Shown here: positions 16,553 to 24,525 of the stretch, in pieces | Position numbering within the stretch: position 1 is the first letter of the stretch | Layout of the letters: each line of letters opens with the position of its first letter | Origin: a virus | Length of the DNA stretch: 64,000 nt | Virus record (IMG/VR): IMGVR_UViG_3300042905_004373 | Span: 1-64,000 of that record | Reading direction: 5' to 3' (one strand) | The notes under the pieces: model-generated | Database searches by the model: none | What the model was told of the DNA's origin: nothing | Seen by the model: only the letters and a program-made list of their open reading frames with translations | Position numbers and translations under genes: made by a program

Positions 16553-16987
16553 TCCTACACTCAATTTGTTTGCACCTCCAAGTGTCAAGTTGCTGATGAT
16601 TTCAACCTGGAAGATTATCTGAAATCTCTGGTTGATTTCGTTGGTAATCATGTAGATGATCTCAGTGAGAGTATCACATGGTTGACAGAAATGGAGTATG
16701 ATGATGTGATCACGGAGTTTGAAAAGTACGTGTGGCAGAATGGGAATGAAGTTCTCATTAACTGTGACACCGAAGAGGATAATCATGACACTGATCTCTG
16801 GGATTGGTTGAGTGATCAAATCCGCCAAGATGTCATGATTTCTAAGTTCATGACCATCAATTCCACCACAATTGATTCTCGGGCAGGTGTCGATCCTTAC
16901 CAGGCATTTGTAATGAAGGATGGTACACAGATTGGTCCTACTGAAATCTCCAACATTGTGGAGCAGTATGTAAAGATGTCCAGTTGA
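16550..16987 (+). CDS. acidic hypothetical protein
   Basis: 145 aa, D/E-rich. Confidence 0.6.
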   Translation: MSYTQFVCTSKCQVADDFNLEDYLKSLVDFVGNHVDDLSESITWLTEMEYDDVITEFEKYVWQNGNEVLINCDTEEDNHDTDLWDWLSDQIRQDVMISKFMTINSTTIDSRAGVDPYQAFVMKDGTQIGPTEISNIVEQYVKMSS

Positions 16988-17061
16988 GGGACTGGCACAA
17001 GGGGTCTTGAGGTTCTTCAGGATCCCTGCCATACTTACATCGTTCACCACACATCACTGAC
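16988..17061 (+). promoter_or_regulatory. Class-B cassette (GGGACTGGCACAAGGGG ... CCATACT ... CGTTCACCACACATC)
   Basis: recurrent motif. Confidence 0.4.
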
Positions 17062-17532
17062 ATGGGAACTCGTTCACGCATTGGCATCGAAATGCCCGAT
17101 CACACTGTAGTTTCTGTCTACTGCCACTGGGATGGTTATCCTGAAGGGAATGGTAGACTTCTGGTTCAACATTATCTTGACCGTGATGATGTTCAAGAAC
17201 TGATTGATGGTGGTGGTATCTCATCACTGAGGACTCGTGGTTCTTGGAATCATGAATCTCCTCTTCGTGATGATAAGGGAGAGTACATTCATGACTCTCA
17301 AGGATACATGATGTATGAGAATGATCGTGATCCTCAACCACTCTTTTATACTGAGCGTGGAGAAGAAATCGACATTCAACACACCAGTTTCGATGAGTTT
17401 ATCTCAGGAAATCTGGGTGGTGAAGAGTATGCTTACCTGTTCGATCTGAATGATAACTGGAAAGCATACAAGACGGGTCTGTTTGATGCTGCTGAACGGG
17501 TGGAGATTCCCAACTATGTGACAGCAGCATAA
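17062..17532 (+). CDS. hypothetical protein
   Basis: 156 aa. Confidence 0.6.
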   Translation: MGTRSRIGIEMPDHTVVSVYCHWDGYPEGNGRLLVQHYLDRDDVQELIDGGGISSLRTRGSWNHESPLRDDKGEYIHDSQGYMMYENDRDPQPLFYTERGEEIDIQHTSFDEFISGNLGGEEYAYLFDLNDNWKAYKTGLFDAAERVEIPNYVTAA

Positions 17533-17604
17533 GTGGCACAAGGGGCACCTAGGATCGCCTACAGTGCCCCTATACTTAAGAAGTCAACCAACCACCACAT
17601 CATC
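17531..17604 (+). promoter_or_regulatory. Class-B cassette (GTGGCACAAGGGGCACCTAGGATCGCCTACAGTGCCCCTATACTTAAGAAGTCAACC)
   Basis: identical core copy at 18391..18469. Confidence 0.45.
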
Positions 17605-18072
17605 ATGGGTTACTACGTCAGCATTGAAGAAAGCACCTTTATGATTCCTGCTGAGAATCTGGATGCTGCTTATAAGGCAATGTGTGAACTAAACTATACT
17701 GTTCCTAACAGTCAGAAACGAGGTGGATCTTATCCCGATAAGGATAAGGCACCTGAGTATGGTCCTCATAAGTCCTGCTGGTTCTCATGGATGGATTGGA
17801 ACTATCATGAGACTTGTAAGGATGCTGAAAAGATTCTTCAGGAAGTTGGTTTCTACACTTCCATTGGTGAGAATGGAAATCTTCACATTGATGGGTATGG
17901 TAATAAGACTGGGCAGGAAGATTTGTTTCTGAAGTCTATCTGTTCACTTGCCAAAGGTTACATTGTGTGGAAAGGTGGAGAAGGTGAGTATTGGGGTGAG
18001 ACTTATGGTGGAGATAGGGTAATCGTAAAGGAACGATCCCGCCAGGATTTCAGTGATCTTGTGACACTCTGA
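17605..18072 (+). CDS. hypothetical protein (155 aa)
   Basis: ATG after CACATCATC leader; in frame with track ORF 17533. Confidence 0.55.
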   Translation: MGYYVSIEESTFMIPAENLDAAYKAMCELNYTVPNSQKRGGSYPDKDKAPEYGPHKSCWFSWMDWNYHETCKDAEKILQEVGFYTSIGENGNLHIDGYGNKTGQEDLFLKSICSLAKGYIVWKGGEGEYWGETYGGDRVIVKERSRQDFSDLVTL

Positions 18073-18144
18073 CAACTGGCACCAGAGGCACCTAAGACCC
18101 GCTCTGGGTGCCTTAAGATTAACAAGTCAACCACCGACACTCCA
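18062..18144 (+). promoter_or_regulatory. Class-B cassette
   Basis: GTGACACTCTGACAACTGGCACC...CTTAAGATTAACAAGTCAACC. Confidence 0.4.
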
Positions 18145-18393
18145 ATGAAACTCGTCAAGGTTCATTCTTCTAAGAGCATCAACTTCACCAAAAATGCATC
18201 ATTCTGGTGTGAGATGACTAATCTGTATAAGAAATGTTACCCAAAGCATTCTTTTAAGAGAATGGCAGATCATCTTGGTCTGACTGAGACTAATGCTCGC
18301 CGCTACTATTATGGTATTCATCATAAGAACTTTGGATACCTTGGACAAGGTGGTTATACTCAAATGCGTCAAGGTGCCTGTGTGACACTCTGA
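18145..18393 (+). CDS. hypothetical small basic protein (possible HTH)
   Basis: 82 aa; ...MADHLGLTETNARRYYYG... Confidence 0.5.
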   Translation: MKLVKVHSSKSINFTKNASFWCEMTNLYKKCYPKHSFKRMADHLGLTETNARRYYYGIHHKNFGYLGQGGYTQMRQGACVTL

Positions 18394-18469
18394 CAACTGG
18401 CACAGGGGGCACCTAGGATCGCCTACAGTGCCCCTATACTTAAGAAGTCAACCACACACACCCGACACC
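18391..18469 (+). promoter_or_regulatory. Class-B cassette (copy of 17531)
   Basis: CTGGCACAGGGGGCACCTAGGATCGCCTACAGTGCCCCTATACTTAAGAAGTCAACC. Confidence 0.45.
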
Positions 18470-18601
18470 ATGGAAGACACCCTCTGGATCGAAATTGCTG
18501 ATGCTCCCGGCGAAATCTTCGACATTCCTGAACTGCAGGATGAAGAAGACAATGATGAGCACACTTGGAACGCTTTCCTCAACTCTAACTGGGATTTCTG
18601 A
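18470..18601 (+). CDS. acidic mini-protein (43 aa)
   Basis: MEDTLWIEIADAPGEIFDIPELQDEEDNDEH... Confidence 0.35.
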   Translation: MEDTLWIEIADAPGEIFDIPELQDEEDNDEHTWNAFLNSNWDF

Positions 18602-18603
18602 TA

Positions 18604-18711
18604 ATGAACCAAGATCTTCTCATCATCCACTATAAGGATGGCACATCCCAAACTCTGAAGATGTATCATCTTCTGGCAATTCTTCCTTTGTTTGTTTTTC
18701 TGATCCGATGA
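18604..18711 (+). CDS. 35-aa membrane peptide
   Basis: ...MYHLLAILPLFVFLIR; ATGA-coupled chain. Confidence 0.3.
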   Translation: MNQDLLIIHYKDGTSQTLKMYHLLAILPLFVFLIR

Positions 18712-18836
18712 CACCTGACACTTACAACTTTACTGGCGACTCTGTGACAGTTCTCGGACTGGTCGGAGTGATCTCCACTGGCATCATTCTGGTGCTATGC
18801 TTCACTCGTTACTTCAATTCTCCCCTGAGAAAATGA
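18708..18836 (+). CDS. 42-aa membrane peptide
   Basis: ...VLGLVGVISTGIILVLCF...; ATGA overlap both ends. Confidence 0.3.
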   Translation: MTPDTYNFTGDSVTVLGLVGVISTGIILVLCFTRYFNSPLRK

Positions 18837-19048
18837 CACTCACTCCCGAACAGATTTCTGAGATTGTTGAAAAGTATTGTGATCGTGTCGTAGATGAAAT
18901 GGATACGAAAACAATGGAGCAGATGGTTTATGAACTGCTAGTTGATTCTTTCGCTCATGAATCTGAGAATGACATGGAATCTCTTATCACCTCAATCTAT
19001 GGTGAGGAATACTATCAAGAACTGGTGGAGAGTGTGACAGTTCAGTAA
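18833..19048 (+). CDS. hypothetical acidic protein (71 aa)
   Basis: in frame with track ORF 18797. Confidence 0.5.
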   Translation: MTLTPEQISEIVEKYCDRVVDEMDTKTMEQMVYELLVDSFAHESENDMESLITSIYGEEYYQELVESVTVQ

Positions 19049-19117
19049 GTGGCACACGGGGGCTTGAAATGCCCCCCATTTGCTGCCATACTACATTTGT
19101 TGAGAGGGAGACCCCTA
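19049..19117 (+). promoter_or_regulatory. Class-B cassette (GTGGCACACGGGGGCTTGAAATGCCCCCC ... GCCATACT)
   Basis: hairpin GGGGGC..GCCCCCC. Confidence 0.4.
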
Positions 19118-19363
19118 ATGACAATGACCGTTCGCCAAATGATTGAATGGATGTCCACCTTTGAGGATCAGGATGCCATCGTTGAAGTAGTTGTCCACAG
19201 TGAGGGTCGTGGTTATTACGACCGAGGTGGAAATGCTGATACTATGGAGTTCAATCCTGAGCAGCACGTAGATTACACCGATTTGCGTGGCAATCCGTTT
19301 GTGGACGAATCCTCTCCTTACCACAATCGTAGATCTGTGGTGTTGGGTGCGGTGAACGGTTAA
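19118..19363 (+). CDS. hypothetical protein (81 aa)
   Basis: in frame with track ORF 19049. Confidence 0.5.
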   Translation: MTMTVRQMIEWMSTFEDQDAIVEVVVHSEGRGYYDRGGNADTMEFNPEQHVDYTDLRGNPFVDESSPYHNRRSVVLGAVNG

Positions 19364-19504
19364 CCGTACCTGAACTGTGACAGTTCAGTAAGTGGCACAC
19401 AAGGGTTGACACCACTGCCAACCCGTGCCATACTAGATTCATCAGCGGGGGTGAAGCATCCCGCTCAAAACACTTCACTCAAACCTTACTTTTTTGTTTT
19501 TATT

Positions 19505-19717
19505 ATGTTCAAGTTCCAATCCAGCGCCATCGAAAACATCAGCGATGTGCAAGATGAGCAAGTGACCATCACCTTCATGGGTGGTCGTAACTATACCTAT
19601 AAGGTTGCTGAACCCAGCAACTTTGTGTCTGATCTGAATACTGTGATTGCCAAAGAGGAATCTGTTGGTAGTTTCATCAACTCTGCTATTCGTAGCGAGC
19701 GACTGCTGTCGATCTGA
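19505..19717 (+). CDS. hypothetical protein (70 aa)
   Basis: MFKFQSSAIENISDVQDEQV... Confidence 0.45.
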   Translation: MFKFQSSAIENISDVQDEQVTITFMGGRNYTYKVAEPSNFVSDLNTVIAKEESVGSFINSAIRSERLLSI

Positions 19718-19772
19718 TAGCATCTAGAGGGAGATTCTTCTCCCTCTTTCATTCTCTTTCTTGGAGTAATTC

Positions 19773-19919
19773 ATGAACAAAGAAATTATGACAACTCTTC
19801 TGGACCAAGGCACTGATGGGAACAGCATCCTTTCGATTCTTGATGCACTGTGTTCTGGGATGGACAGTGGTGAATCTAGTCAAGATAATGTCCCCACACT
19901 AGACGAGATTGAGTTCTAA
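19773..19919 (+). CDS. hypothetical acidic mini-protein (48 aa)
   Basis: MNKEIMTTLLDQGTDGNSILSILDAL... Confidence 0.3.
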   Translation: MNKEIMTTLLDQGTDGNSILSILDALCSGMDSGESSQDNVPTLDEIEF

Positions 19920-20049
19920 AACTCGACGAGGTGTGCCACATCATCTAGTGGCACATTCAATCTCGACGAGTCATGAGACATCAACTAGATTATGTACATC
20001 TCGACGAGCACATCATGGAAACCGCATTCGTTATTCCAATCTCGAAGAA
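19919..20049. repeat. four copies of (A)ATCTCGACGAG-type repeat plus GTGCCAC-N9-GTGGCAC palindrome
   Basis: copies at 19919, 19959, 19998, 20038; palindrome 19933..19954. Confidence 0.55.
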
Positions 20050-20203
20050 AGCAAAGAATCGCTTTGCAAACATGATGCAATCAAACGATGAATGTATCAT
20101 CGAGCAACACAAAGGAAACAAACTGTTTCTTGCATCTATGAATCAGAAATACTTTTTTTGGGTTTCACTTGACAATGATCCAGACTGGATGGTAGACTTT
20201 TGA
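20015..20203 (+). CDS. hypothetical protein (62 aa)
   Basis: METAFVIPISKKAKNRF...; upstream part of track ORF 19973 overlaps repeats. Confidence 0.35.
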   Translation: METAFVIPISKKAKNRFANMMQSNDECIIEQHKGNKLFLASMNQKYFFWVSLDNDPDWMVDF

Positions 20204-20281
20204 TACACGGGGAATGAGATGCGCCCCATCCTTAAGAAAAGACACTCAATGCGTAGAGAACAGATAATCATAGCATACATG

Positions 20282-20314
20282 ATAGGTGAAAGTGGATCTT
20301 GAGGATCAGGGTGG
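20282..20314 (+). terminator. intrinsic terminator-like hairpin AGGATCAGG-gtggtg-CCTGATCCT + TTTTTCTTTTC
   Basis: perfect 9-bp stem followed by T-run. Confidence 0.55.
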
Positions 20315-20471
20315 TGCCTGATCCTTTTTCTTTTCTTTATCTTATTATTTTTTGACAGGTTCCGTGGCGATGTATTGTTCAGTAGAGATACCCTTCTCCC
20401 GTTGGTGCTGGTTGTCCTCTTAAGATACTGCCAGACTGCCCACAAAACCCTGATGCTGTGCCAGTTCGATC

Positions 20472-20560
20472 AGTGGCACAATGGTGGTTGATCGGGTCGG
20501 TTCTGGCATGGCATCATTCACTCAACGGCGCACCAATGACGCCGCCTCACTTCTAAAATC
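20472..20560 (+). promoter_or_regulatory. Class-B cassette (CAGTGGCACAATGG ...)
   Basis: TGGCACA box upstream of ATG 20561. Confidence 0.35.
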
Positions 20561-21040
20561 ATGAGCAACGCCACTGTTCAAGTTGTTATCAACGGCAACC
20601 AAGTTCAAGGTAAGATTGATGAGATCGCCAAGATTCTGAGCGTTGTAAGTGACACTCTGGCGCCAACAGTTGCTCCTGTTGTTTCTAACAATGTGGAAGA
20701 ACTTGCACTCAAGTTCGTTGACTTTTTTGCCACTGAACTTGATAGTCACATTAGTGGTGGAAAGTTGTTTGTTCATGAACTCAACCGACTGCGCCACAAT
20801 GGTAACACTTACCGTGCCATGATTCGCGTTTATCATGATTTGGTTAATAAAGGTGCGGAAGGATGGGCAAAGCGCCGCCAACTGTTGCTAACTGCCAGCG
20901 CAATCTGGCGTTATACTTTCCGGGGTTCCGAAAAGTCTAAACTTCGCTATCAGATTGAGGCAGTTATTGAATGTGACGATTGTGGGCAGTTTGCTACTGC
21001 AATGGTGAATCGCATGAAGAAAGAGAAACTCTGGGTGTGA
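20561..21040 (+). CDS. hypothetical protein
   Basis: 159 aa. Confidence 0.6.
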   Translation: MSNATVQVVINGNQVQGKIDEIAKILSVVSDTLAPTVAPVVSNNVEELALKFVDFFATELDSHISGGKLFVHELNRLRHNGNTYRAMIRVYHDLVNKGAEGWAKRRQLLLTASAIWRYTFRGSEKSKLRYQIEAVIECDDCGQFATAMVNRMKKEKLWV

Positions 21041-21046
21041 CAATCC

Positions 21047-21132
21047 GATAACTGGCACAAGGGGGGCAGCGATGCCTCCCATCCTGCCCGCTGATGCTGT
21101 AGGATAACTGCAGTTCACACCACACCGCCACC
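21047..21132 (+). promoter_or_regulatory. Class-B cassette (AACTGGCACAAGGGGGGCAGCGATGCCTCCC ... CTGTAGGATAACTGCAGTTCACACCACACC)
   Basis: leader shared with 22406..22443. Confidence 0.45.
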
Positions 21133-21867
21133 ATGCTGAACTTCACCAAGGGTAACGCCAAACTGGGCAAGCAAACTCTGATCTTTAACCTGCCAGCAGG
21201 TAAGACTTGCCCCGGTGCAATGTATTGCAAATCGTTCGTTGTTGTTGATAACGGCGAGCGTCACATTCAAGATGGCGAGCATACTATTTTCCGATGCTTT
21301 GCTGCATCCAGTGAGGTGCAATACGATGCAGCATTCAACAATCGCGCCAACAATCTGCGCCTGATTGTTGATGCTCTGAAGGATGGATCTGCAGCAGATC
21401 TTATCAATGAGGGCATTCAAGAACACCGCACAAAAAATACCAAACTGGTGCGGATTCATGAGAGCGGAGACTTTTTCTCTGGTGCATATTTGGATGCCTG
21501 GATTGAAGTTGCACAGCGCAATCCTGATCTGAAATTCTACTGCTACTCTAAGAGTCTGCAGTTGTTTCTTAACTTTAAGATGCCTGCTAACTTCTACTTC
21601 ACTGCCTCTTATGGTGGCAAATGGGATAGTCTGATTGATGCAGGATTGTTCACTCGTTATGCTAAAGTCTTCATGACCGAAGGTGATGCTAACGCTGCAG
21701 GTCTTGAAGTAGATCATGACGACTCTCACTGTTTCGGTGAGAAACCGTTTGCTCTGTTGGTGCATGGAACTCAACCGAAAGGTTCACTCTGGGGCAAGGC
21801 AATTCGCGCCCGTCGTTCTAATCAACAGTTCAGCGGTTACAGTAAGAAACTGCCTGTGACAGTCTGA
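21133..21867 (+). CDS. conserved-looking hypothetical protein with Cys/His motifs (GKTCPGAMYC ... RIHESGDFF ... HDDSHC)
   Basis: 244 aa; possible metal-binding enzyme. Confidence 0.6.
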   Translation: MLNFTKGNAKLGKQTLIFNLPAGKTCPGAMYCKSFVVVDNGERHIQDGEHTIFRCFAASSEVQYDAAFNNRANNLRLIVDALKDGSAADLINEGIQEHRTKNTKLVRIHESGDFFSGAYLDAWIEVAQRNPDLKFYCYSKSLQLFLNFKMPANFYFTASYGGKWDSLIDAGLFTRYAKVFMTEGDANAAGLEVDHDDSHCFGEKPFALLVHGTQPKGSLWGKAIRARRSNQQFSGYSKKLPVTV

Positions 21868-21947
21868 CCACTGTCCACCACGGGGCGCTCCGGCGCCCCA
21901 TCCTGCCATCCGATCCTGTAGACTTACAGAGTCAACCACACCGCACC
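21868..21947 (+). promoter_or_regulatory. Class-B-like cassette with GGGGCGC-tccg-GCGCCCC hairpin, CATCCTGCC and CTGTAGACTTACAGAGTCAACCACACC leader
   Basis: no TGGCACA box here. Confidence 0.35.
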
Positions 21948-22190
21948 ATGATCCCCGATCCCACCCAGGCAACCGCCATCCTCAACCGCTGCGACGCCTT
22001 CACCGTTGCCGGTGCTACTCTCCCGGTTTGGGAGCGTATCCTTAACGATCTCACAATCCCCACCGACCTTTATGATAAGGTTGAGGATCTCATTGAGATC
22101 CTGGAATACATCGAAGGTTGGCAACCTTCCGATGCTGACATGATCGCCGCGAACAGTTGCGGTACAGCATGGCATGACGGTTGCCGCTGA
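21948..22190 (+). CDS. hypothetical protein
   Basis: 80 aa. Confidence 0.5.
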   Translation: MIPDPTQATAILNRCDAFTVAGATLPVWERILNDLTIPTDLYDKVEDLIEILEYIEGWQPSDADMIAANSCGTAWHDGCR

Positions 22191-22365
22191 TTGATTATAC
22201 TTAAGGGGGCACAAGTTGCCTCCTTTTTTTATACTTTTTGCGCCATTATTTTATGGCAGGTTCGGTGGCGATAGTTGTTCAACCGGCGACCCTGCCGGTG
22301 TTGGTGCTGATTGTCTCCATAGTCTACAGGCACCACAGACCCATAAGACCGCCATGGTGGACAGT

Positions 22366-22443
22366 TCCACAAGTGGCACAACCCCCCATAGACGGATCCG
22401 ATCCCTGTGCTGTAGGATAACTGCAGTTCACCACACCACTCCG
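22366..22443 (+). promoter_or_regulatory. Class-B cassette (CACAAGTGGCACAACC ... GCTGTAGGATAACTGCAGTTCACCACACC)
   Basis: 34-bp exact repeat with 22789..22824. Confidence 0.45.
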
Positions 22444-22698
22444 ATGAACTTCTACAGTTTCTCCTCCCTGAACTTCTTTGATTCCTGTGGTGCCCGCCTG
22501 GCACGACATACCTTTGCGAATGGTTGGGTGATCAGTGTTGCAGCAGGTTCGAAGGATTCTGGAATCTACGGTGACATCGAGCACAATACCTTTGAGGTCG
22601 GGATTATCCGTCCCAATGGTAACATGCTGGAGGATGTTATCAGTTGGCAGACTCCAGAAGAGATCACTACCATAATGGGTGTGATTAAAATGCTATAA
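22444..22698 (+). CDS. hypothetical protein (84 aa)
   Basis: ATG after CACCACACCACTCCG leader; track ORF 22216 extends upstream through cassette (spurious). Confidence 0.5.
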   Translation: MNFYSFSSLNFFDSCGARLARHTFANGWVISVAAGSKDSGIYGDIEHNTFEVGIIRPNGNMLEDVISWQTPEEITTIMGVIKML

Positions 22699-22703
22699 GA
22701 ATC

Positions 22704-22729
22704 GGGAGCATCTTTGCTCCCTTTTTTTA
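22704..22729 (+). terminator. hairpin GGGAGCA-tctt-TGCTCCC + T7
   Basis: stem-loop followed by TTTTTTT; part of 65-bp block duplicated at 23525. Confidence 0.55.
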
Positions 22730-22805
22730 TACCTAACCCCACCAAAAATAGGTTCTACCTTCATCCTAGCACGGCACCCGCCTTCTAATCCGCCATGGTG
22801 GACAG

Positions 22806-22881
22806 TTCCACAAGTGGCACAACCTGATGGCACTGCGCCCCGTCTGCCCCCATACTGGTATCAGTTCACCACACCACTCCG
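22806..22881 (+). promoter_or_regulatory. Class-B cassette (AAGTGGCACAACC ... CCCCATACTGGTATCAGTTCACCACACC)
   Basis: recurrent. Confidence 0.45.
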
Positions 22882-23133
22882 ATGAACTTCTCTGCTCTCA
22901 CCCGCACCATGGTTCGCAGCATCCTCATCCAGCAGGGACCCCAAACCTGCTCCGACATCGTTCGGGGCATGGGACTGGATCCCCGCCGCCATAAGGGCAC
23001 TGTTCACGCTATCATGGTGGACATGGAGCGTGACGGCATCCTGAGCGCCACCATGAAAGGCAAGCGGCGCGATCTCTGGAGCATCAGCACCATCCGCAAG
23101 CGTGACAGGATCCTTGCTGCCCTGATCGGTTGA
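22882..23133 (+). CDS. small basic protein, possible winged-helix DNA-binding regulator
   Basis: 83 aa; ...TCSDIVRGMGLDPRRHKGTVHAIMVDMERDGIL... Confidence 0.5.
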   Translation: MNFSALTRTMVRSILIQQGPQTCSDIVRGMGLDPRRHKGTVHAIMVDMERDGILSATMKGKRRDLWSISTIRKRDRILAALIG

Positions 23134-23216
23134 ACCCCTACGGGGCGCAGAGCGCCCCTTCTACCATGCTCAACGCTCTAACCTGCTCCCGCTCCCCTAA
23201 ATTCCACCGTGCCACC

Positions 23217-23333
23217 ATGCTGCGCCTTCTGATCGCTGCTCTGCTGCTCTACTGGTTCTGGGAACCAATCCGCCCCATCCGCAATGTGACAGGTGAAGCA
23301 CTGTCCACTGCTGCTGAAATGATCCGCCGCTGA
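23217..23333 (+). CDS. 38-aa hydrophobic peptide
   Basis: MLRLLIAALLLYWFWEPIRPI... Confidence 0.3.
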   Translation: MLRLLIAALLLYWFWEPIRPIRNVTGEALSTAAEMIRR

Positions 23334-23368
23334 CCCTGTAGACTTCTCTCAGTTCACACCACTGAACC

Positions 23369-23503
23369 ATGACCTACGCTTTCACTGACGATCTCCAGGT
23401 TGAAGAGTACATCCCCACTGAGGATGATTGGGCATCCTATTATGAGGACGATCAGGCACTTGAAGAGTATTCTCTGGAGTGTGCATTTGGTCCTGAAGAA
23501 TGA
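23369..23503 (+). CDS. acidic mini-protein (44 aa)
   Basis: MTYAFTDDLQVEEYIPTEDDW...; after CAGTTCACACCACTGAACC leader. Confidence 0.35.
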   Translation: MTYAFTDDLQVEEYIPTEDDWASYYEDDQALEEYSLECAFGPEE

Positions 23504-23691
23504 CACAAACTGGGGGGCAATCGCCTCCCTTTTTTTATACCTAACCCCACCAAAAATAGGTTCTACCTTCATCCTAGCACGGCACCCGCACCCCTTGTCA
23601 ATCCCCTGACCCATTAGCATTGCTGATCGTTCAACCCCTTGACTCTGGTGCCGTTTGGGGCAATACTGGTATCAGTTCACCACATTACACA

Positions 23692-24042
23692 ATGACTAAA
23701 CCGACAGAAATTCATCCTGCAATTGCTGCAAATCTTGGATGGGATATTGATGCTGCCTCAAATGATAATTTGGTTACTGTAGTACGCCATCGCATCATTT
23801 TGGAAGAGGTAGTGATGACCAGGGAAGAATTTAATACGATGAATGAAAATGTAAAGAATGAAGAATCTTGTTGGAATGAAATTGAATGGCAAGATGCACA
23901 GTGGGATGATTATTGTGAAGAGCGTACAACCTATACTGCATTTCCCGGAGATGTAACATCATTCACTGATGATTGCGTTGCATTCTTATATCCCGAAGCA
24001 GAATGGGTGGAATGCTTTGAAACTGTGAAATGTGCCAATTGA
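23692..24042 (+). CDS. hypothetical acidic protein (116 aa)
   Basis: in frame with track ORF 23620; ATG after CAGTTCACCACATTACACA leader. Confidence 0.5.
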   Translation: MTKPTEIHPAIAANLGWDIDAASNDNLVTVVRHRIILEEVVMTREEFNTMNENVKNEESCWNEIEWQDAQWDDYCEERTTYTAFPGDVTSFTDDCVAFLYPEAEWVECFETVKCAN

Positions 24043-24044
24043 GG

Positions 24045-24116
24045 CACTGGCACAAGGGGATCGGCAACGGTCCCCACCCATCCTGTAGAATTCTCTCAGT
24101 TCACACCACACCACCC
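24045..24116 (+). promoter_or_regulatory. Class-B cassette (GGCACTGGCACAAGGGGATCGGCAACGGTCCCCACCCATCCTGTAG ... CAGTTCACACCACACC)
   Basis: recurrent. Confidence 0.45.
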
Positions 24117-24239
24117 GTGACTCTCTCACCTGCCACCTCCCTGCAGACTCGCCAACTGGTCTGGGTCCGCAATGGCGTTAAGATTCACTCAGCACCAGCA
24201 GCAACCTGGGCGGCACTGGGGCGCAACGGTCGCCTCTGA
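24117..24239 (+). CDS. possible 40-aa ORF with GTG start
   Basis: leader ends ...CACCCGTG; weak. Confidence 0.25.
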   Translation: MTLSPATSLQTRQLVWVRNGVKIHSAPAATWAALGRNGRL

Positions 24240-24293
24240 TCTGATACAATACAGGGGAGGCACAATCCTCCCCACATTCTTCACCCTTTCATC

Positions 24294-24482
24294 ATGGAAA
24301 CTATTCTCACCCCCGAAGAAATCACCGAACTGAATACTACCGGAAAGGTGACTCTTACCGATGATCTTATGATTCGCATGAAGCAATTCTGCGATCTTGT
24401 TGATACCAAAATCACAGAATCTTATGAGGATTCTGATTGGTTTAATGATCCGAATTGTGTAATGTCAAGGCATCATTATTGA
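24294..24482 (+). CDS. hypothetical protein
   Basis: 62 aa. Confidence 0.45.
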   Translation: METILTPEEITELNTTGKVTLTDDLMIRMKQFCDLVDTKITESYEDSDWFNDPNCVMSRHHY

Positions 24483-24525
24483 ATCTCGTCGAGACGCGCA
24501 CACAAGTTCACATGATCTCGACGAG
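24482..24525. repeat. two copies (one inverted) of ATCTCGACGAG repeat
   Basis: AATCTCGTCGAG (24482) and GATCTCGACGAG (24514). Confidence 0.45.

Noticed and set aside
19909-20091. Track ORF of 60 aa over the second repeat cluster
   Set aside because: The open frame is created by the in-frame CTCGACGAG repeats. No SD or promoter logic; probably non-coding.
103-21774. Minus-strand ORFs in the early region (103..303, 409..747, 1442..1921, 10614..11219, 14834..15340, 16526..17050, 21115..21774, etc.)
   Set aside because: Each overlaps a + strand ORF that has cassette, SD and coupling context. Gene organisation is uniformly + stranded across the window.
22216-22443. 5' extension of track ORF 22216..22698 (and similarly 17533, 19049, 19406, 23620, 24030, 25447 ORFs)
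   Set aside because: The extensions run through intergenic cassette elements. Internal ATGs preceded by the conserved leader are the more plausible starts.
451-24116. TGGCAC box read as a sigma-54 (-24/-12) promoter
   Set aside because: TGGCAC is present but the GC of the -12 element is not at the required 10-nt offset: the sequence is TGGCACacaggGCAC, not TGGCAC-N5-TTGC. The TATAAT/CATACT box about 40 nt downstream fits a sigma-70-type -10 with an upstream activator or UP-like box instead.
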